Of a DNA stretch of 64,000 nt, positions 13,217 to 27,835 are shown one piece after another. Every line of letters begins with the position of its first letter. The first letter of the stretch is position 1. Made by a program: the position numbers and the translations under genes. The stretch covers positions 32,674,001 to 32,738,000 of the forward strand of contig OZ231126.1 in NCBI GenBank assembly GCA_965153355.1, in the 5' to 3' direction. The stretch is from Flaccisagitta enflata (Eukaryota). The notes below the pieces were generated by a model. That model made no database searches and was not told where the DNA came from. It worked only from the letters and a program-made list of their open reading frames with translations.

Positions 13217-14783
13217 GTAAGTCCAACAACCTAGCTGGAGTTTAACCAAAACTCTTAGGTTCATTGGATACCTTTAATGATTATCAATATGCCTGTTGAT
13301 CGATTGGTAGGTAAGGGTAAACGTCTTGTCCAGGTCTAACAGAGGTCTAGTAGAGGTCTGGTAGAGATCCATCGGTCACGTTTTTGTGAGATGCTAGACG
13401 AACTGCGGGGAGCGCTTGCTGCAAAACTTGTTCCTTGCACAGTGAATCTATGCACTACTATAGTATAGTGGTAGTCGCTTCTTTTGTTTTTTTTTGTTGT
13501 TGTTGTTTGGTTAAGTATACAATAGAATGTCAACAATAAAGCCGAGGTTGCTGTTTGCCACGTTAAATCCGTCAGGGGGGATTTATCTGACAATGACAAT
13601 GACATTGTCAATGAGATTATGAATGAAACAGATAACAAAGAACCCCCCCTACCAAAAAAAAAGGATTGAAAAACACTCAAACTCAAAGGAGCCTTGGATT
13701 AGGCTTGAAAAATAAATCATATCTTTCTCCCCTTTGTCAAAGTGACTTTGATAAAATCAGATTGAACTCTTGGTAGATATTTACATTCAAAAACACCAAA
13801 CAAACATATTCCTTATTTTTAACCAAACATTGAGTCCTCTCTTACTCTCAACCGCCTCCTCTCTTTGCTTCATCCCCATCAACTCCCCCAACAGAATCGA
13901 GGACTGATCAAATCGCATCGATTTCTTTTCTCTGCCACTCCTTCATGTCGTTATAAGGATTTGTTTGTTGGTTTTGTTCGTAGGATTTTGTTCTTTGGAT
14001 TTGGTCGTTGGTTTTTGTTCATAAGATTCTGTTTGTTGGTTTCGTTCGTCGGATTTGTTCTTTTTATTTGTTCGTTGATGTCTTTGTGGCGCCGCCGGCG
14101 CCGCCGGCGTCGTCTTTTTTGTTTGTTCGTGGTTTTGAATGTTGATTCCGACTCTGCCGCAGAGCCGCTTCTGTGGTGCGCAAGGGCGCCGTTTTATGTG
14201 TCTCCACCCGCCTTTATGTGAGTGTCCGTTTGTCTGTATTTCCCTTCAACCAGACGACCGACCGCCTGACCGACCGCCTGACCGACCAACCGACCGACCA
14301 ACCGACCGACCGACCGACCGACCGACCGACCGACCAACCATCCGACCATCCAACACGGCAAGTTCTAGAGTCATGCGCTAGCGATGAAAAATGTTTGGTT
14401 TAAAAAAGGCATTTCATTGGAAAAAAAGTCGAATTACGTAATTCGACTTTTTGAAACGTAGGGGAGAAATAAAGTTTTCCATTTTCGGTTTGAGGCAATT
14501 TTTGGAAGTTGGGCAGTTTTTGGGCTGGGATGATACATTTTTTGATATTCATAGCTAAGAAAGAGCTAATTTTTCTCTTTTAAATGGCGCCAACCAGAAG
14601 TCTCTACGATCAATACTTTAGGAGTTAAGAATTTTTGAATCTTTTTTTATTTTTTCGCATTTTCGCAAAAATCGATATTTTTCATTAATCCCAATTCTTT
14701 GGATCAATGGAACATAGGAAAAGAGTCAAATTGTTACGCAAATTGACTCCAAGTTTTATGACGCTAGCTTGCGTATTTTGCTC

Positions 14784-15240
<457 letters not shown>

Positions 15241-15674
15241 CAGTCAAAGACAGAGGAAGACTGAGAGAAAGAAAAGACAACTTTAGATTGAAGAACAAAA
15301 ACAAACAGGCAGTCAACCAGACAGCAGAGATACAGGCAGTAAGAAACACACACAGAGGATCATGCGCTGAAAAAAAAAAATCTCCCATTTACGACTTTTT
15401 ACCGGTCGGCGATTAGCCGCCTTTATTGGTATTATGTTATGATATTCCTGCAGAAAAGTTTGATTTGTTGGATGTTTTTGTAATCACCTTTCAACTGTCA
15501 CTGCTTGTTAAGGGATATATGGTGCTCAGATCTTATGCAAAGGCGGTGGATGAATTGAGCTGTCCATCATCCAACAATGTGCTCTTGGCGCATCATTGAC
15601 TCGTTGGCGTTGTTTTATCCGCTGTCCGCTATGGTAGCTGTTTGTTGTTTGCTCGCCGAGCGAGCGAGCGAGTG

Positions 15675-15751
<77 letters not shown>

Positions 15752-15756
<5 letters not shown>

Positions 15757-17972
15757 GAATTGAATTGAATTTAATGGTCCATTAAAGTGATAGCACTTTC
15801 ATACAAAAATCCACATTGTGATTAAGTACAAGGACATGATTTAGAATCACATTTTCACTCTACGGCTGCAATTTTACGTAACAACTTTCAATAACTTTGT
15901 AACAATACAATAAAAAAATAAATAAGTAACAGCTGCCTTATCTTCTAATTTAGGTTTTGTTCTTTCCATATCCCAAATCCCAGATTTTGATAATGACTTG
16001 AGCTACTTCAAGAACTTTGTCTATGTCTACTGAGTAAATTTGTTCAAAATCAATTTTTTCATCTACTTCATACAGGTTAATTTCTTTATACTTCACACAG
16101 TAGTTTATACGGTGGCTTTCATCATCTATCACAGAACACTCAGGGCAAATCTTGTTCCCATTGCCACATGAAAAATTGGCATTGCAACTCAACATCCCAT
16201 AGCGACCCATAATTACTGCTCTTGTTATTACTACTGAACCATAGTTCATTATCTCTAAAAGTTTTCGTTGATAGTCAGGGTCATTTATTGTCTGCAGGAT
16301 TGTTTGAGTTTTTGTCTTGAGTTTTGACACTCCCTGCTCTTTGGTGTGCAACTCTTGTTTGAGCCGCTCTCTGTTGGCTTTTTCGGCAGCTTCTTCAACT
16401 TCTTTTTGCCACTCATTTTTGGTCTTTTTTCCAATTTTATCCCAGTCTTTTTCAAGGTCCCATTGATCAATTACCTCATTTATCTGCTTGGCCCAGCCAG
16501 TATCATATGATTCTAGGACTATTAATGACTCATATGCCCACTGCTCTTCATCTTTTTGCACGATCTTGTGAAGGTAGAGGAGTTGCTTTATGTGAATTTG
16601 GATCACCGTATATAGCGAGCCAGTTGCAAAAATGACTGCTGGTGTTGATGTAGTAGTTGGCAGTCCAAGCATTTGCTTCCATGTCCGCAACAACATTTTG
16701 TCAGCTTCCTTCTTCTCTTCTCCATTCAATGTCCATGTCTCTGCATTGTGGAGAAACTTGGGGAGAGTTTCTGCCTCATGTAGCCTCAAGAGGACATTTG
16801 TTTGAATTTGTTTCATGATGCCAGTCTTAGCGCTAGTCATAATTGCCCTCACTGATCCTTTTATCTATTCAAATCTTTCAGCAAGGTTGGCTTTATTTCT
16901 TCCATCTCTTGAGATTACTTCTCCAAGGTAACAGTATGTTTCACAGTTACTGATGGTTTCTTCACCCAAGTTCCAATTGGGTTTCATGTGAGGGATGAGG
17001 TGGGACATCTTTCTTAGAGTAGAGGTCTTCATAGTAAGAGGCCCTGGTCTCTTTATTTCTTTCTTGGTCATACACTCGCTGCCCATCTTTGTCTTTCATA
17101 ACCATCCATTCACTGGTTTTATCCTGCTTGTGGGCTCTTCTCACATTCCAGAGACCATTTCTTCCTTGTTGAATCATTGCTTCAAATCTCTTTTGCAGTC
17201 TCTCCTCCTCATCCCTTTCTGCTTCATCTCTCACATTCTCCTGCGTTATTCGATATTTCTCTAATGATAGTCCCTTTGTAGCTTTGTCAGTTTCTTTTTC
17301 ATAATTCCTTCGTGCCTCATTTTTCTCACATCTGGCTTTTTGTAATCCAAGTTAGGGCTTTGGGGGTTTCCCTACTTTAATGGTTGTTTTTCCGATTGAT
17401 TTCCATGCAGCTTTTTGTATAAGCTTGTCCCATTTTTTGTATCTTTCTGTTAATGGTATTTCTTTTTTACTCATTATTTCTACTGCTGCGGACTTTTGTT
17501 TGGCAAGCTCTTCTCTGAATAGGGCCCACTCTTCTGGATATGCATTGGTATTCCACTTGCAAAGTTTTTGTTGCGCATCATGGTTCTTTTCCAGACATAT
17601 GTCAATGCAGATTGTATTATGATCTGATTCAGACTTCTTACTCCTCATTTTGAGATCGCCTGCTTCATCAATGGTGAGCTTGCTAATAACTTCACTTGCA
17701 CCATATATTGCAATAACAAAGTCAATAGCAGATTTTTCTTGCGTTTTTGAGGGATGTTGTCTTGTAATCACACCTTCACACTTTTCACTCTCATTCATTA
17801 CCATCATGCCGCATTCCTCAAAGACTTTTTGGGCAGCGGCCCCGAAGGGGACGAAGTCCTGTAGAACACAGGGGGACTTTTGTTCGTCCTTCCGTCCGTT
17901 CGTCCCCCCCCAGGCCCCTCATGCCTGAAATCTGCCCTCTCAGGCCTTAAATCTGCCCTCTCAAGCCCTAAA
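15752..17972 (-). mobile_element. Partial duplicate of the LINE 3' half (internal ~1.5-kb deletion; ends inside a HINE)
   Basis: Near-identical to 18581-19809 joined to 21342-22331. (ATTCA)4 tail on the - strand. Extra stop at ~16865. Confidence 0.9.
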
Positions 17973-17984
17973 TGCTCACACACA

Positions 17985-18025
<41 letters not shown>

Positions 18026-18465
18026 ACACATACAGTCAAAGACAGAGGAAGACTGAGAGAAAGAAAAGACAACTTTAGATTGAAGAACAAAAACAAACAG
18101 GCAGTCAACCAGACAGCAGAGATACAGGCAGTAAGAAACACACACAGAGGATCATGGACTGAAAAAAAAGAAACTCCCATTTCGACTTTTTTCCGGTTGG
18201 CGATTAGCCGCCTTTATTGGTATTATGTTATGATATTCCTGCAGAAAAGTTTGATTTGTTGGATGTTTTTGTAATCACCTTTCAACTGTCACTGCTTGTT
18301 AAGGGATATATGGTGCTCAGATCTTATGCAAAGGCGGTGGATGAATTGAGCTGTCCATCATCCAACAATATGCTCTTGGCGCATCATTGACTCGTTGGCG
18401 TTGTTTTATCCGCTGTCCGCTATGGTAGCTGTTTGTTGTTTGCTCGCCGAGCGAGCGAGCGAGTG

Positions 18466-18585
<120 letters not shown>

Positions 18586-20638
18586 GAATTGAATTGAATT
18601 TAATGGTCCATTAAAGTGATAGCACTTTTGTACAAAAATCCACATTGTGATTAAGTACAAGGACATGATTTAGAATCACATTTTCACTCTACGGCTGCAA
18701 TTTTACGTAACAACTTTCAATAACTTAGTAACAATACAATAAAAAAATAAATAAGTAACAGCTGCCTTATCTTCTGATTTAGGTTTTGTTCTTTCCATAT
18801 CCCAAATCCCAGATTTTGATAATGACTTGAGCTACTTCAAGAACTTTGTCTATGTCTACTGAGTAAATTTGTTCAAAATCAATTTTTTCATCTACTTCAT
18901 ACAGGTTAATTTCTTTATACTTCACACAGTAGTTTATACGGTGGCTTTCATCATCTATCACAGAACACTCAGGGCAAATCTTGTTCCCATTGCCACATGA
19001 AAAATTGGCATTGCAACTCAACATCCCATAGCGACCCATAATTACTGCTCTTGTTATTACTACTGAACCATAGTTCATTATCTCTAAAAGTTTTCGTTGA
19101 TAGTCAGGGTCATTTATTGTCTGCAGGATTGTTTGAGTTTTTGTCTTGAGTTTTGACACTCCCCGCTCTTTGGTGTGCAACTCTTGTTTGAGCCGCTCTC
19201 TGTTGGCTTTTTCGGCAGCTTCTTCAACTTCTTTTTGCCACTCATTTTTGGTCTTTTTTCCAATTTTATCCCAGTCTTTTTCAAGGTCCCATTGATCAAT
19301 TACCTCATTTATCTGCTTGGCCCAGCCAGTATCATATGATTCTAGGACTTTTAATGACTCATATGCCCACTGCTCTTCATCTTTTTGCACGATCTTGTGA
19401 AGGTAGAGGAGTTGCTTTATGTGAATTTGGATCACCGTATATAGCGAGCCAGTTGCAAAAATGACTGCTGGTGTTGATGTAGTAGTTGGCAGTCCAAGCA
19501 TTTGCTTCCATGTCCACAACAACATTTTGTCAGCTTCCTTCTTCTCTTCTCCATTCAATGTCCATGTCTCTGCATTGTGGAGGAACTTGGGGAGAGTTTC
19601 TGCCTCATGTAGCCTCAAGAGGACATTTGTTTGAATTCGTTTCATGATGCCAGTCTTAGCACTAGTCATAATTGCCCTCACTGATCCTTTTATCTTTTCA
19701 AATCTTTCAGCAAGGTTGGCTTTATTTCTTCCATCTCTTGAGATTACTTCTCCAAGGTAACAGTATGTTTCACAGTTACTGATGGTTTTTTCACCCAAGT
19801 TCCAACTGGTTTTCCTTTCTTTATGTCTTCCAATTTCCATGATTTTGCATTTGTCAACACCCCACTCAAGCTGTCTTTTGATAGCAAAGTCGTTGACAGC
19901 CTCTAGTGTTCTTTCTTGTTGGTCATATCCAATGGCAAGAGTTCCTACATTATCCACATACTCCAAACAACATAGTCGTGTTTCTGCAAGCATGATTCCA
20001 ATGTCATGTCTCAACATACGTTCTTCAGACAGTGTATCCATCATTTTTGCAAACAAAGGTACCATCAATTTACCTCCTTGTTTGCCTCCTGTTTCTCTCA
20101 TTATTTTCCTGCTAAGTCCTGCTTTGGTTTTTACTCTTGCTGTAAGATTTTTGTTTAGTGTCATTGTAAGTCTCCAGATTTTCCTGTAAAGCCCTGCTCA
20201 TGAATGACGTGCAACATATCGTCCATGTTAGTTCTGTCGTACGCCTTTTTGATGTCGAAACAGGTGATGATGAGGTCTAAACCTCTTTTTATTGCTAGTG
20301 TCACAGTGCTTTAAGGATGAAAACTTGGTCAGTAGTTGAGCCTCCTTTTCTTCCTCCTGCCGGCGCCTGAGTGAATCTTATTGTTTGCAATAGTCTGTTG
20401 GTTATAATTTCCTCAACTATTGTTCCAATTGAGCTTGATACAGTTATTCCTCGCTGATTCTCTAATTTTTCTCTGTCACCTTTACCTTTATAAACACTTG
20501 TTATAATTCCTTCATTCCATTGCTCAAAGGCTCTTTTTTCCTCCCAAAAAACTTTAATCACAGGGTAAATCAGGTCAACCATAGGGTCACCACCATTTTT
20601 AAGCACTTCATTCGTCCAGTCTGTTGTTGCCTTTTTAT

Positions 20639-21236
20639 TGGGCAGCGGCTCCGAAGGGGACAAAGTCCTGTATAACACAGGGGGACTTTTGTTTGTCTGT
20701 TCGTTCATTCGTCCGTCCCCCCCCCCATCAGGCTCCTCAGGCCCCAAATCCAGCCTCTCAGGTCTCAAATCTGGCCTCTCAGGCCTCAAATCCGGCCTCT
20801 CAGGTTTCAAATCTGGCCTCTCAGGCCTCAAATCTGGCCCCTCAGGCCTCAAATTTGGTCTCTCTGGTCTCAAATCTGGCCCATTAGGTCAAAAATCGGG
20901 CCTTTGAGGCCTCAAACCTGGCCTCTCAGGCCTCAAATTAGGCCTCTCAGGCCTCAAATTAGGCCTCACAAGCCTCAAAGTAGAGCTGACAGGCTTCAAA
21001 TCAGACCTGATGACCATTTAAGCCTTGGAAAAGCCTTCAGACACTTGAAGGCCTTTAATCAGTGCACTATAGCATCTCATCAATGTTGTCAGGTAGGACA
21101 AACAAAAGTCCCCCTGTGTTCTACAGGACTTCGTCCCCTTCGGGGCCGCTGCCCTGCTTCCCCTTACACAAATTCACAATCATGAAAAGCAGGGCAACGG
21201 GTATCGCTGACCACATATTGCCCTTGGGCGACCTGT
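20639..21236 (+). mobile_element. HINE with ~50-bp subterminal inverted repeats and 21-bp internal minisatellite
   Basis: GGGCAGCGGCTCCGAAGGGGACAAAGTCCTGTATAACACAGGGGGACTTTTG ... CAAAAGTCCCCCTGTGTTCTACAGGACTTCGTCCCCTTCGGGGCCGCTGCCC, then a 3' GGGCAA..TTGCCC hairpin. Inserted at TT; removal restores in-frame IQNKKNKKATTDW. Confidence 0.85.
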
Positions 21237-22187
21237 TCTTTTTGTTCTGGATTGCTCTCTTTATCTCTTCTTTTGTTGGAAGATCATCATTTTCGCCTTC
21301 ATCATTGTCACCACTCCAGGTCTGTACTTTTTCTTTTATGATTTCATGTGAGGGATGAGGTGGGACATCTTTCTTAGAGTAGAGGTCTTCATAGTAAGAA
21401 GCCCTGGTCTCTTTATTTCTTTCTTGGTCATACACTCGCTTCCCATCTTTGTCTTTCACAACCATCCATTCACTGGTTTTATCCTGCTTGTGGGCTCTTC
21501 TCACATTCCAGAGACCATTTCTTCCTTGTTGAATCATTGCTTCAAATCTCTTTTGCAGTCTCTCCTCCTCATCCCTTTCTGCTTCATCTCTCACATTCTC
21601 CTGCGTTATTCGATATTTCTCTAATGATAGTCCCTTTGTAGCTTTGTCAGTCTCTTTTTCATAATTCCTTCGTGCCTCATTTCTCTCACATCTGGCTTTT
21701 TGTAATCCAAGTGAGGGCTTTGGGGGTTTCCCTACTTTAATGGTTGTTTTTCCGATTGATTTCCATGCAGCTTTTTGTATAAGCTTGTCCCATTTTTTGT
21801 ATCTTTCTGTTAATGGTATTTCTTTTTTACTCATTATTTCTACTGCTGCGGACTTTTGTTTGGCAAGCTCTTCTCTGAATAGGGCCCACTCTTCTGGATA
21901 TGCATTGGTATTCCACTTGCAAAGTTTTTGTTGCGCATCATGGTTCTTTTCCAGACATATGTCAATGCAGATTGTATTATGATCTGATTCAGACTTCTTA
22001 CTCCTCATTTTGAGATCGCCTGCTTCATCAATGGTGAGCTTGCTAATAACTTCACTTGCACCATATGTTGCAATAACAAAGTCAATAGCAGATTTTTCTT
22101 GCGTTTTTGAGGGATGTTGTCTTGTAATCACACCTTCACACTTTTCACTCTCATTCATTACCATCACGCCGCATTCCTCAAAGACTT

Positions 22188-22802
22188 TTTGGGCAGCGGC
22201 CCCGAAGGGGACGAAGTCCTGTAGAACACAGGGGGACTTTTGTTCGTCCTTCCGTCCGTTCGTCCCCCCCCGGCCCCTCATGCCTGAAATCTGCCCTCTC
22301 AGGCCTTAAATCTGCCCTCTCAAGCCCTAAATCTGCCCTCTCAGGCCTGAAATCTGCTCTGTCAGGCCTGAAATCTGCCTTCTCAGGCCTGGAATCTGCC
22401 CTCTCAGGCCTGAAATCTGCCTTCTTAGGCCTGAAATCTGCCCTCTCGGGTCTGAAATCTGCCCTCTCTGGCCTGAAATCTGCTGTCTCTGGCCTGAAAT
22501 CTGCCCTTTCAGGCCTGAAATCTGCCCTCTCAGGCCTGAAATCTGTCCTCTCAGATTCAAAGCCTGAGAGGGCAGATTTCAAACTTGAGAGGGTAGATTT
22601 CAGGCCTGAAAGGGCAGATTTCAGGCCTGAGAGAGCCTAGGGGGGGATGGATGGACGGACGGATGAACAAAAGTCCCCCTGTGTTCTACAGGACTTCGTC
22701 CCCTTTGGGGCCGCTGCCCTGCTTCCTCTTACTCCAATTCAAAATCATGCAAAGCAAGGCAACGGGTATCGCTGACCACATATTGCCCTTGGGCGACCTG
22801 GT
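22188..22802 (+). mobile_element. HINE, same family as 20639-21236
   Basis: Same inverted repeats and 3' tail GGCAACGGGTATCGCTGACCACATATTGCCCTTGGGCGACCTG. 21-bp repeat AGGCCTGAAATCTGCCCTCTC. Splits the APE domain between MINQV and FEECG. Confidence 0.85.
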
Positions 22803-23523
22803 TAATCATCTTAACATTCCTTGAGGGATCCTCTCCCAAAAGCCCAATTTTTGCATTGGCATCCATACATAGGATCATATCACCTTCATTCTGAATTTGA
22901 CATATTTCATCTGACAGGTTGTCCATTTCCTCTTGTATTTTGCTTAAGCTTACACTCTCTTGGAGTCCATAATAGACACCTATAAACAGGGGCTTTTCAT
23001 TGGGTTGCACCATACTGACCCAGATGATTTCTATTGGTTGTTGAGAGTAGTGTGGGGATATGAAGGACTTTTTATCATTTTTGACACAAATACCAACCCC
23101 GCCTTCTTTTCCAGTTGTTCTCGCATTGCCAAAGAAGGTATATCCATCAAGTTTGAGGCCTTTATTTTCAGTCAGGAAGGTCTCACAAAAAAGTCCGATA
23201 TCTGCATCTATTTCACTTAGGGTGTTTTGGAGACATGCCATTTTGCTTCTGATTCCTCTCATGTTGGCATACATTATCTTTAATTTCTGTTTCTTTTGTT
23301 TTTTATGCCTATATTTGTTTCTGTTCCTTCTTTTCACATTGACATCCTCTTTCTGATGGTCCTTTTCACTATGTATGGTACTAGATTCCTGGTTATTTTC
23401 TTCAATGCTTATGACATCTCTAAAGTCTTTGTCGTCATACACATCTATGATTTGTTCGAAAAATTGGTTGTATCTTGATTTTATTTGAGAGAACAAACTG
23501 ATCTGGGATTTGGGAGGCCAATA

Positions 23524-25108
23524 TCAATCTTGAGGCAAGCATGCCTTCGCAATGTTGAAGAAAGTTTCAAGGATCATTGCAGGATTATGTTTTGGGAGTC
23601 CACCTTGGCTATGCCATTGTGGGACTCCCTGCACTCGATGTGCCCATGTTGGTTGGTTTGGCCACCTATGCGTCTGAGGCCATGGTTGACTAAGCTGTTT
23701 CGGCTCGCCTTGTTGGAATTGTTGGACCGGCCTTTGTGGCCATGTAGGTCTGTGCTGCAAGCTGGGTGTATGCACTCCCTTACTCTGGTGGTTATGTGAG
23801 CCTTTCCCAATTTTCTTTTTGTAGAGGCTACGTTTGATCTGTGTTGCAAGCAGACTGGTTCCATATTTTGTGAGTTGATCTCTTTCTAAAACATTTGACT
23901 TCACTCTTCCATTGTTTTCATCAAACATATTCTCGATGGTGATGAAAGAGACCTTTCTTCTGTCTGCCAGTTCTTGTAGGTGGAAATTGTAGTTCATACA
24001 TTGTCCATTCGCCGGTGCAATGCTACTGAGGTGAAAGGTCGCCTGGGGGTAAAGTTTTCCCCAGTTTTTCCCTGCTTGATCTGCAGTATCAAGAATGTTT
24101 CGTCTCTGTTGTTCCATCCTGATGACATTATTGATTCCAGTCAGAAATGCAACGTCTGTAATCTTTTGTGGATTTCGTATGTTTGGGAGATGATCTCTTA
24201 CTGCCTCCCATGTTGATCTTTCCTCAACAAGTACCTTTTTGGTGTTGTGTAGGAGGCTTGGGTTTATGTGTTGACCATTTGAGTCAACCACAACAATGAT
24301 TGCTTCCTGGGCTTCATCTGCTTTGTTGGCTTCAGAGTAAGAAGTTTGTCTCTTGGGTCTGACCACAGAGTGGGTGGGAGTTGGCAACAGTGCCTCTCAA
24401 GGTGCGCTTGATGCAGCATCTTTTGGTGGAGGTGGCACTCCAGATGGAAGAGGTGCCCCTGATGCTATGTTTTGTAGTCTGGTGTTTATTGAAATGGTGT
24501 TTTCACCCGAAATTTGGTTTCTGGTTTTCAGGGTGTTCTTCTTGCTGTTCATGATTTTTATTCGAGCTTTGTACTGTCTCTTCAAGAAGCACAACTGTAG
24601 CACTTTGGGGTTGGATTTGTTGCTTATCATCTCATTGTGCTTGAGCTGCCTTTAAGGCATCATTAGTTGCCCCTCCAGTTGGACTATCTTTTGGCTTTGA
24701 ATTTGTACTTCTTGCTCTAACTGCTTTATCTGCTCTTGGGCCTGTGCAAGTTCTTTCTTAGCCTTGACCTCTTGTTCTGCCCTTGTTTCGTTGTCCTTGA
24801 CAATGTCTGCCATCATCTGGTTTGTTGTCTGTGAAACAGAGAGAATTTGGGTGATTTGTGAAGCCATCATTTCCATTTTGGAACTTGTTCTTTCTTCTAG
24901 TTCATTTTTCCATTTTTCCATTTCTAGGGCTTTTTCAAGCTCTTTTTAGATGCGTCCACGCATCTCTATAAGAGGCTTTGTCAGTCCGTCGGTCCGTCCG
25001 TCGGTCGGTCTGTTGGTTGGTCCGTCATGCTCGAGTTGAAAACGATCGCAAACGATTGCAAACTCGATTTCATCATTTTATTTTCTGACATTGGCCTGAC
25101 GCAATGTT

Positions 25109-25177
<69 letters not shown>

Positions 25178-26405
25178 GTCGTCGTCAGATTTTGTACGGA
25201 TGTCATTGACAAGCTAAGCAGCATGTGGACGCATCGTTGTACCCCAGGGGTACTTGTTCCTTTGCTTTGGCAGCTTGCTCAATGTTGTGTTTGCTTTCTT
25301 TTACTAGATCTGTGACACATTGTTGTGTTGTTCCTGATATTGTAAGGATGTCTTTCATGTTAGCATCTGTTTTTTCCATCATTTTTCCAGTGACTTCCAT
25401 AACATGGTAGAGCTGACTCTCTAGCCACTCAATTTGACTTTCTTTTGATGCAGTCATGTCAATGACTTTATCTAGGAAATGTGTCATCTGTTTGCCAGAG
25501 GTTCTAGTTGAAGGGCCAACTGTTTTGTTACCGCAATGACTGTCATTCTTTTCATTTGAAGAGCTCTTGGCTCTACTACCTAGAGTGACATCATTGTCTT
25601 CATCCACACTGTCATCAGCATCACCTTCATCACTTTTGCCGTCATCATCACCATCTTTGTCATTCTTTTGCACTGTTTCATTGGGCCCCTCAAATTCATT
25701 ATCATATGCCATTGAGTTCTCTAATTTTTTAAACCGTTCACGAGCTTTGTGTACTCCTTGAAATTCAGAATTTAGGTCAATTGCTGATTCATCCCCAAAG
25801 AGGGATTGGGAGATGTGCTCCTCTGATTCTTCACTTATCTCTTCAGCTGTTGTTGGTGTCTTGGCCCTTGAAGCTGTGACTGCATCTGATCGAGGAAGTA
25901 AATTTGCCTCACTTGATGCAACTGTTTCCAAGGGGTTAGTTACCTGGGGATTTGGAGCTGGTGGCAGGTTTGCTTCTGCAGGTGTCTTTTGTCTTTCTGC
26001 TGGTGTGCTTTGATTTATTGGTAGAATGGCTGTAGTAACTGGTGTGCCAGGGGCCCCGAGCGTTTCAAGAACATGTTTGTTTTGTTGTTGCTCGGTTTGA
26101 TTTGATTGAGGGGGGCTTTTTTCCAAGTCTGATCTGAGGGCCATGGCTGATGGGGTTGGGCTTTCACTTCTTGATTTTAATCTGACTTTAAGATTTTGTG
26201 TTTGAAATTTTATAGCCACATCTTTGATTTGCTCTTCTCTTGATTTATCGTCACCTGCGTAGTCAGTGAGTTTGTTACGGAGTGTGTCTGCTGTGTTTTT
26301 ACCAAGTCTTGGTATTTTTAACATGTCGCATAGATGTTCGAGGCAGGGCTTGTTTTTATATGGATGGGACATGAGGAAGGACTGGAGTTCCACACCAACT
26401 GCCAT
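23524..26405 (-). pseudogene. LINE ORF1 (coiled-coil + SGNH esterase-like domain), disrupted by stops and a HINE
   Basis: Fragments 25203-26405, 24652-24921, 24397-24630 and 23524-24387. Coiled coil ELAQAQEQIKQLEQEV. SGNH-like blocks IIVVVDSNGQH, AFLTGINN, DQLTKYGTSLLA. Confidence 0.8.
24944..25257 (+). mobile_element. HINE (AGATGCGTCC family) inserted at TT in ORF1
   Basis: 5' TTTTAGATGCGTCCACGCATCTCTATAAGAGG + (GTCC/GTCG)n; 3' GGACGCATC + GTACCCC-A-GGGGTAC hairpin + TTGTT. Removal restores AKEELEKALE. Confidence 0.85.
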
Positions 26406-26919
26406 TTTGGAATTTTTGTAGTTAGTCTGTTGTCATGAAAAGCTTTATTCTACAACTCTTGGGGGAGTTCGCCTTTGGGAGCCCTACTCCTTTCAAATCA
26501 TGTGAAAAAATTTGGAGGTTCCCAAACTGTGTCCTCCAAGGTCGCTATGAGCTATTTGATTGCTATATCTCAAGTCATTCAAATCCAAAGGACTAGCTTT
26601 TTCATTTGTTCAAGTTGAAGCCTCCTCTTTTTCCAGGTGCCTCTGATAAACAATTGTCTACTTTCTGATGATTGTTTATCTTAATTTTTCATTTATCTTA
26701 ATTTGTTTAGATTTTTTTTTTCCTTTAATTTTGAATAGAACTAATAATAAAGCATTTGCGATTTATCCAGAGGCGGCTGGATAGGAAGGGTGGACCTATT
26801 CATCAATACAAGCATCAACCTAGGAGAGTTGGTCGGCTCCTGTCAGCCGTTTGATCAAAACTAGTAGAATCACAGATTAGATGTGACTTGATAACAATTG
26901 AGTTTCACAGACTTAACAT

Positions 26920-27257
26920 TAGAGTGACTGAAAATATGGTCATATTTGAATCTGGTCATCCTCGCGGGAAAAATGATACCATTTCCATCACAGATGATAA
27001 CCCTAAAATCTGGTGGCAATCAAATGAAGTTTACTCATGGCCGCAACCCCCCTCATTTCCCATAGAAAATGTACATGAAGGATTTTGGCCTCTGCAGCTT
27101 CCTATCTTTTATAATGGGAATGGGGTGGGGTTGCGGCCATGAGTAAACTTTGTCTGATCATCTCCAGATTTTAGAGTTACCATCTATGATGGAAATGGTC
27201 ACATTTCTCCCGCAAGGAAGACGAGATTCGGATTTGACCATATTTCAAGTCACCCTA
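26920..27257. mobile_element. hAT-type palindromic MITE
   Basis: TAGAGTGACTGAAAATATGGTCA ... TGACCATATTTCAAGTCACCCTA; 8-bp TSD CTTAACAT at 26912-26919 and 27258-27265. Confidence 0.9.
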
Positions 27258-27329
27258 CTTAACATTTCCAGTTCATCCATACATTACTGCATCATACAGT
27301 TGATGTTATTGTTTTTGCTTTTGTTTATG

Positions 27330-27385
27330 TTATTGTTGTTGTTGTTAGTGTTGTTGTTGTTGTTGTTGTTGTTGTTGTAGTTTTT

Positions 27386-27481
<96 letters not shown>

Positions 27482-27490
27482 ATTGTTGTG
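27330..27490. repeat. (GTT)n microsatellite
   Basis: Direct reading. Confidence 0.95.
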
Positions 27491-27835
27491 ATTGATGTTG
27501 ATTGTCAGTTCACTATCAACACAGGTGAGATATGTTGACAAGGTAGAGTTGGCTTAGCTGTTTAATGTCCCCGATGCTGTGGTAGCTCTTTTGATGGCTC
27601 TGCCGTGGTCTTTGTGCCTTGGGTGTTTTGCTATGTGAAGCACCCAAATCTTGAGCTTTACTTTATCTGATTATCGTGGTCAACGTTGTGGCTGAAGCCA
27701 CTGGTCTTTACTTTATCTTTACAATTGAAACACTTTCGCTCTTTTCTTTGCCTTTTGTTCGACAACGGCCTGAAAGGAACAGGCCGCTGAGTTTGGAGTG
27801 CCAGTTGGTTTCAGAAACACGCCAGGACTGTATTA

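Larger units (their letters stand above)
18779..23496 (-). pseudogene. LINE ORF2: AP endonuclease + reverse transcriptase + C-terminal CCHC finger, disrupted
   Basis: APE: IMYANMRG, LFCETFL, GGVGICV, CMDANAKIG, SAIDFV, SDHNTI. RT: YKGKGDREKLENQRGITV, GGRKGGSTTDQVF, FDIKKAYD, GKQGGKL, YVDN. CPEC..DDESH....C. Frameshift at ~20303 and two HINE insertions. Confidence 0.92.

Noticed and set aside
20301-22582. RPERPDL/RPERADF repeat proteins fused to RT or endonuclease
   Set aside because: These come from 21-bp HINE minisatellites that happen to stay open; removing the 20639-21236 element restores the LINE frame.
26760-26855. HDV-like ribozyme in the LINE 5'UTR
   Set aside because: A CGGCTG/CAGCCG stem exists, but no P3/L3 or nested pseudoknot was found.
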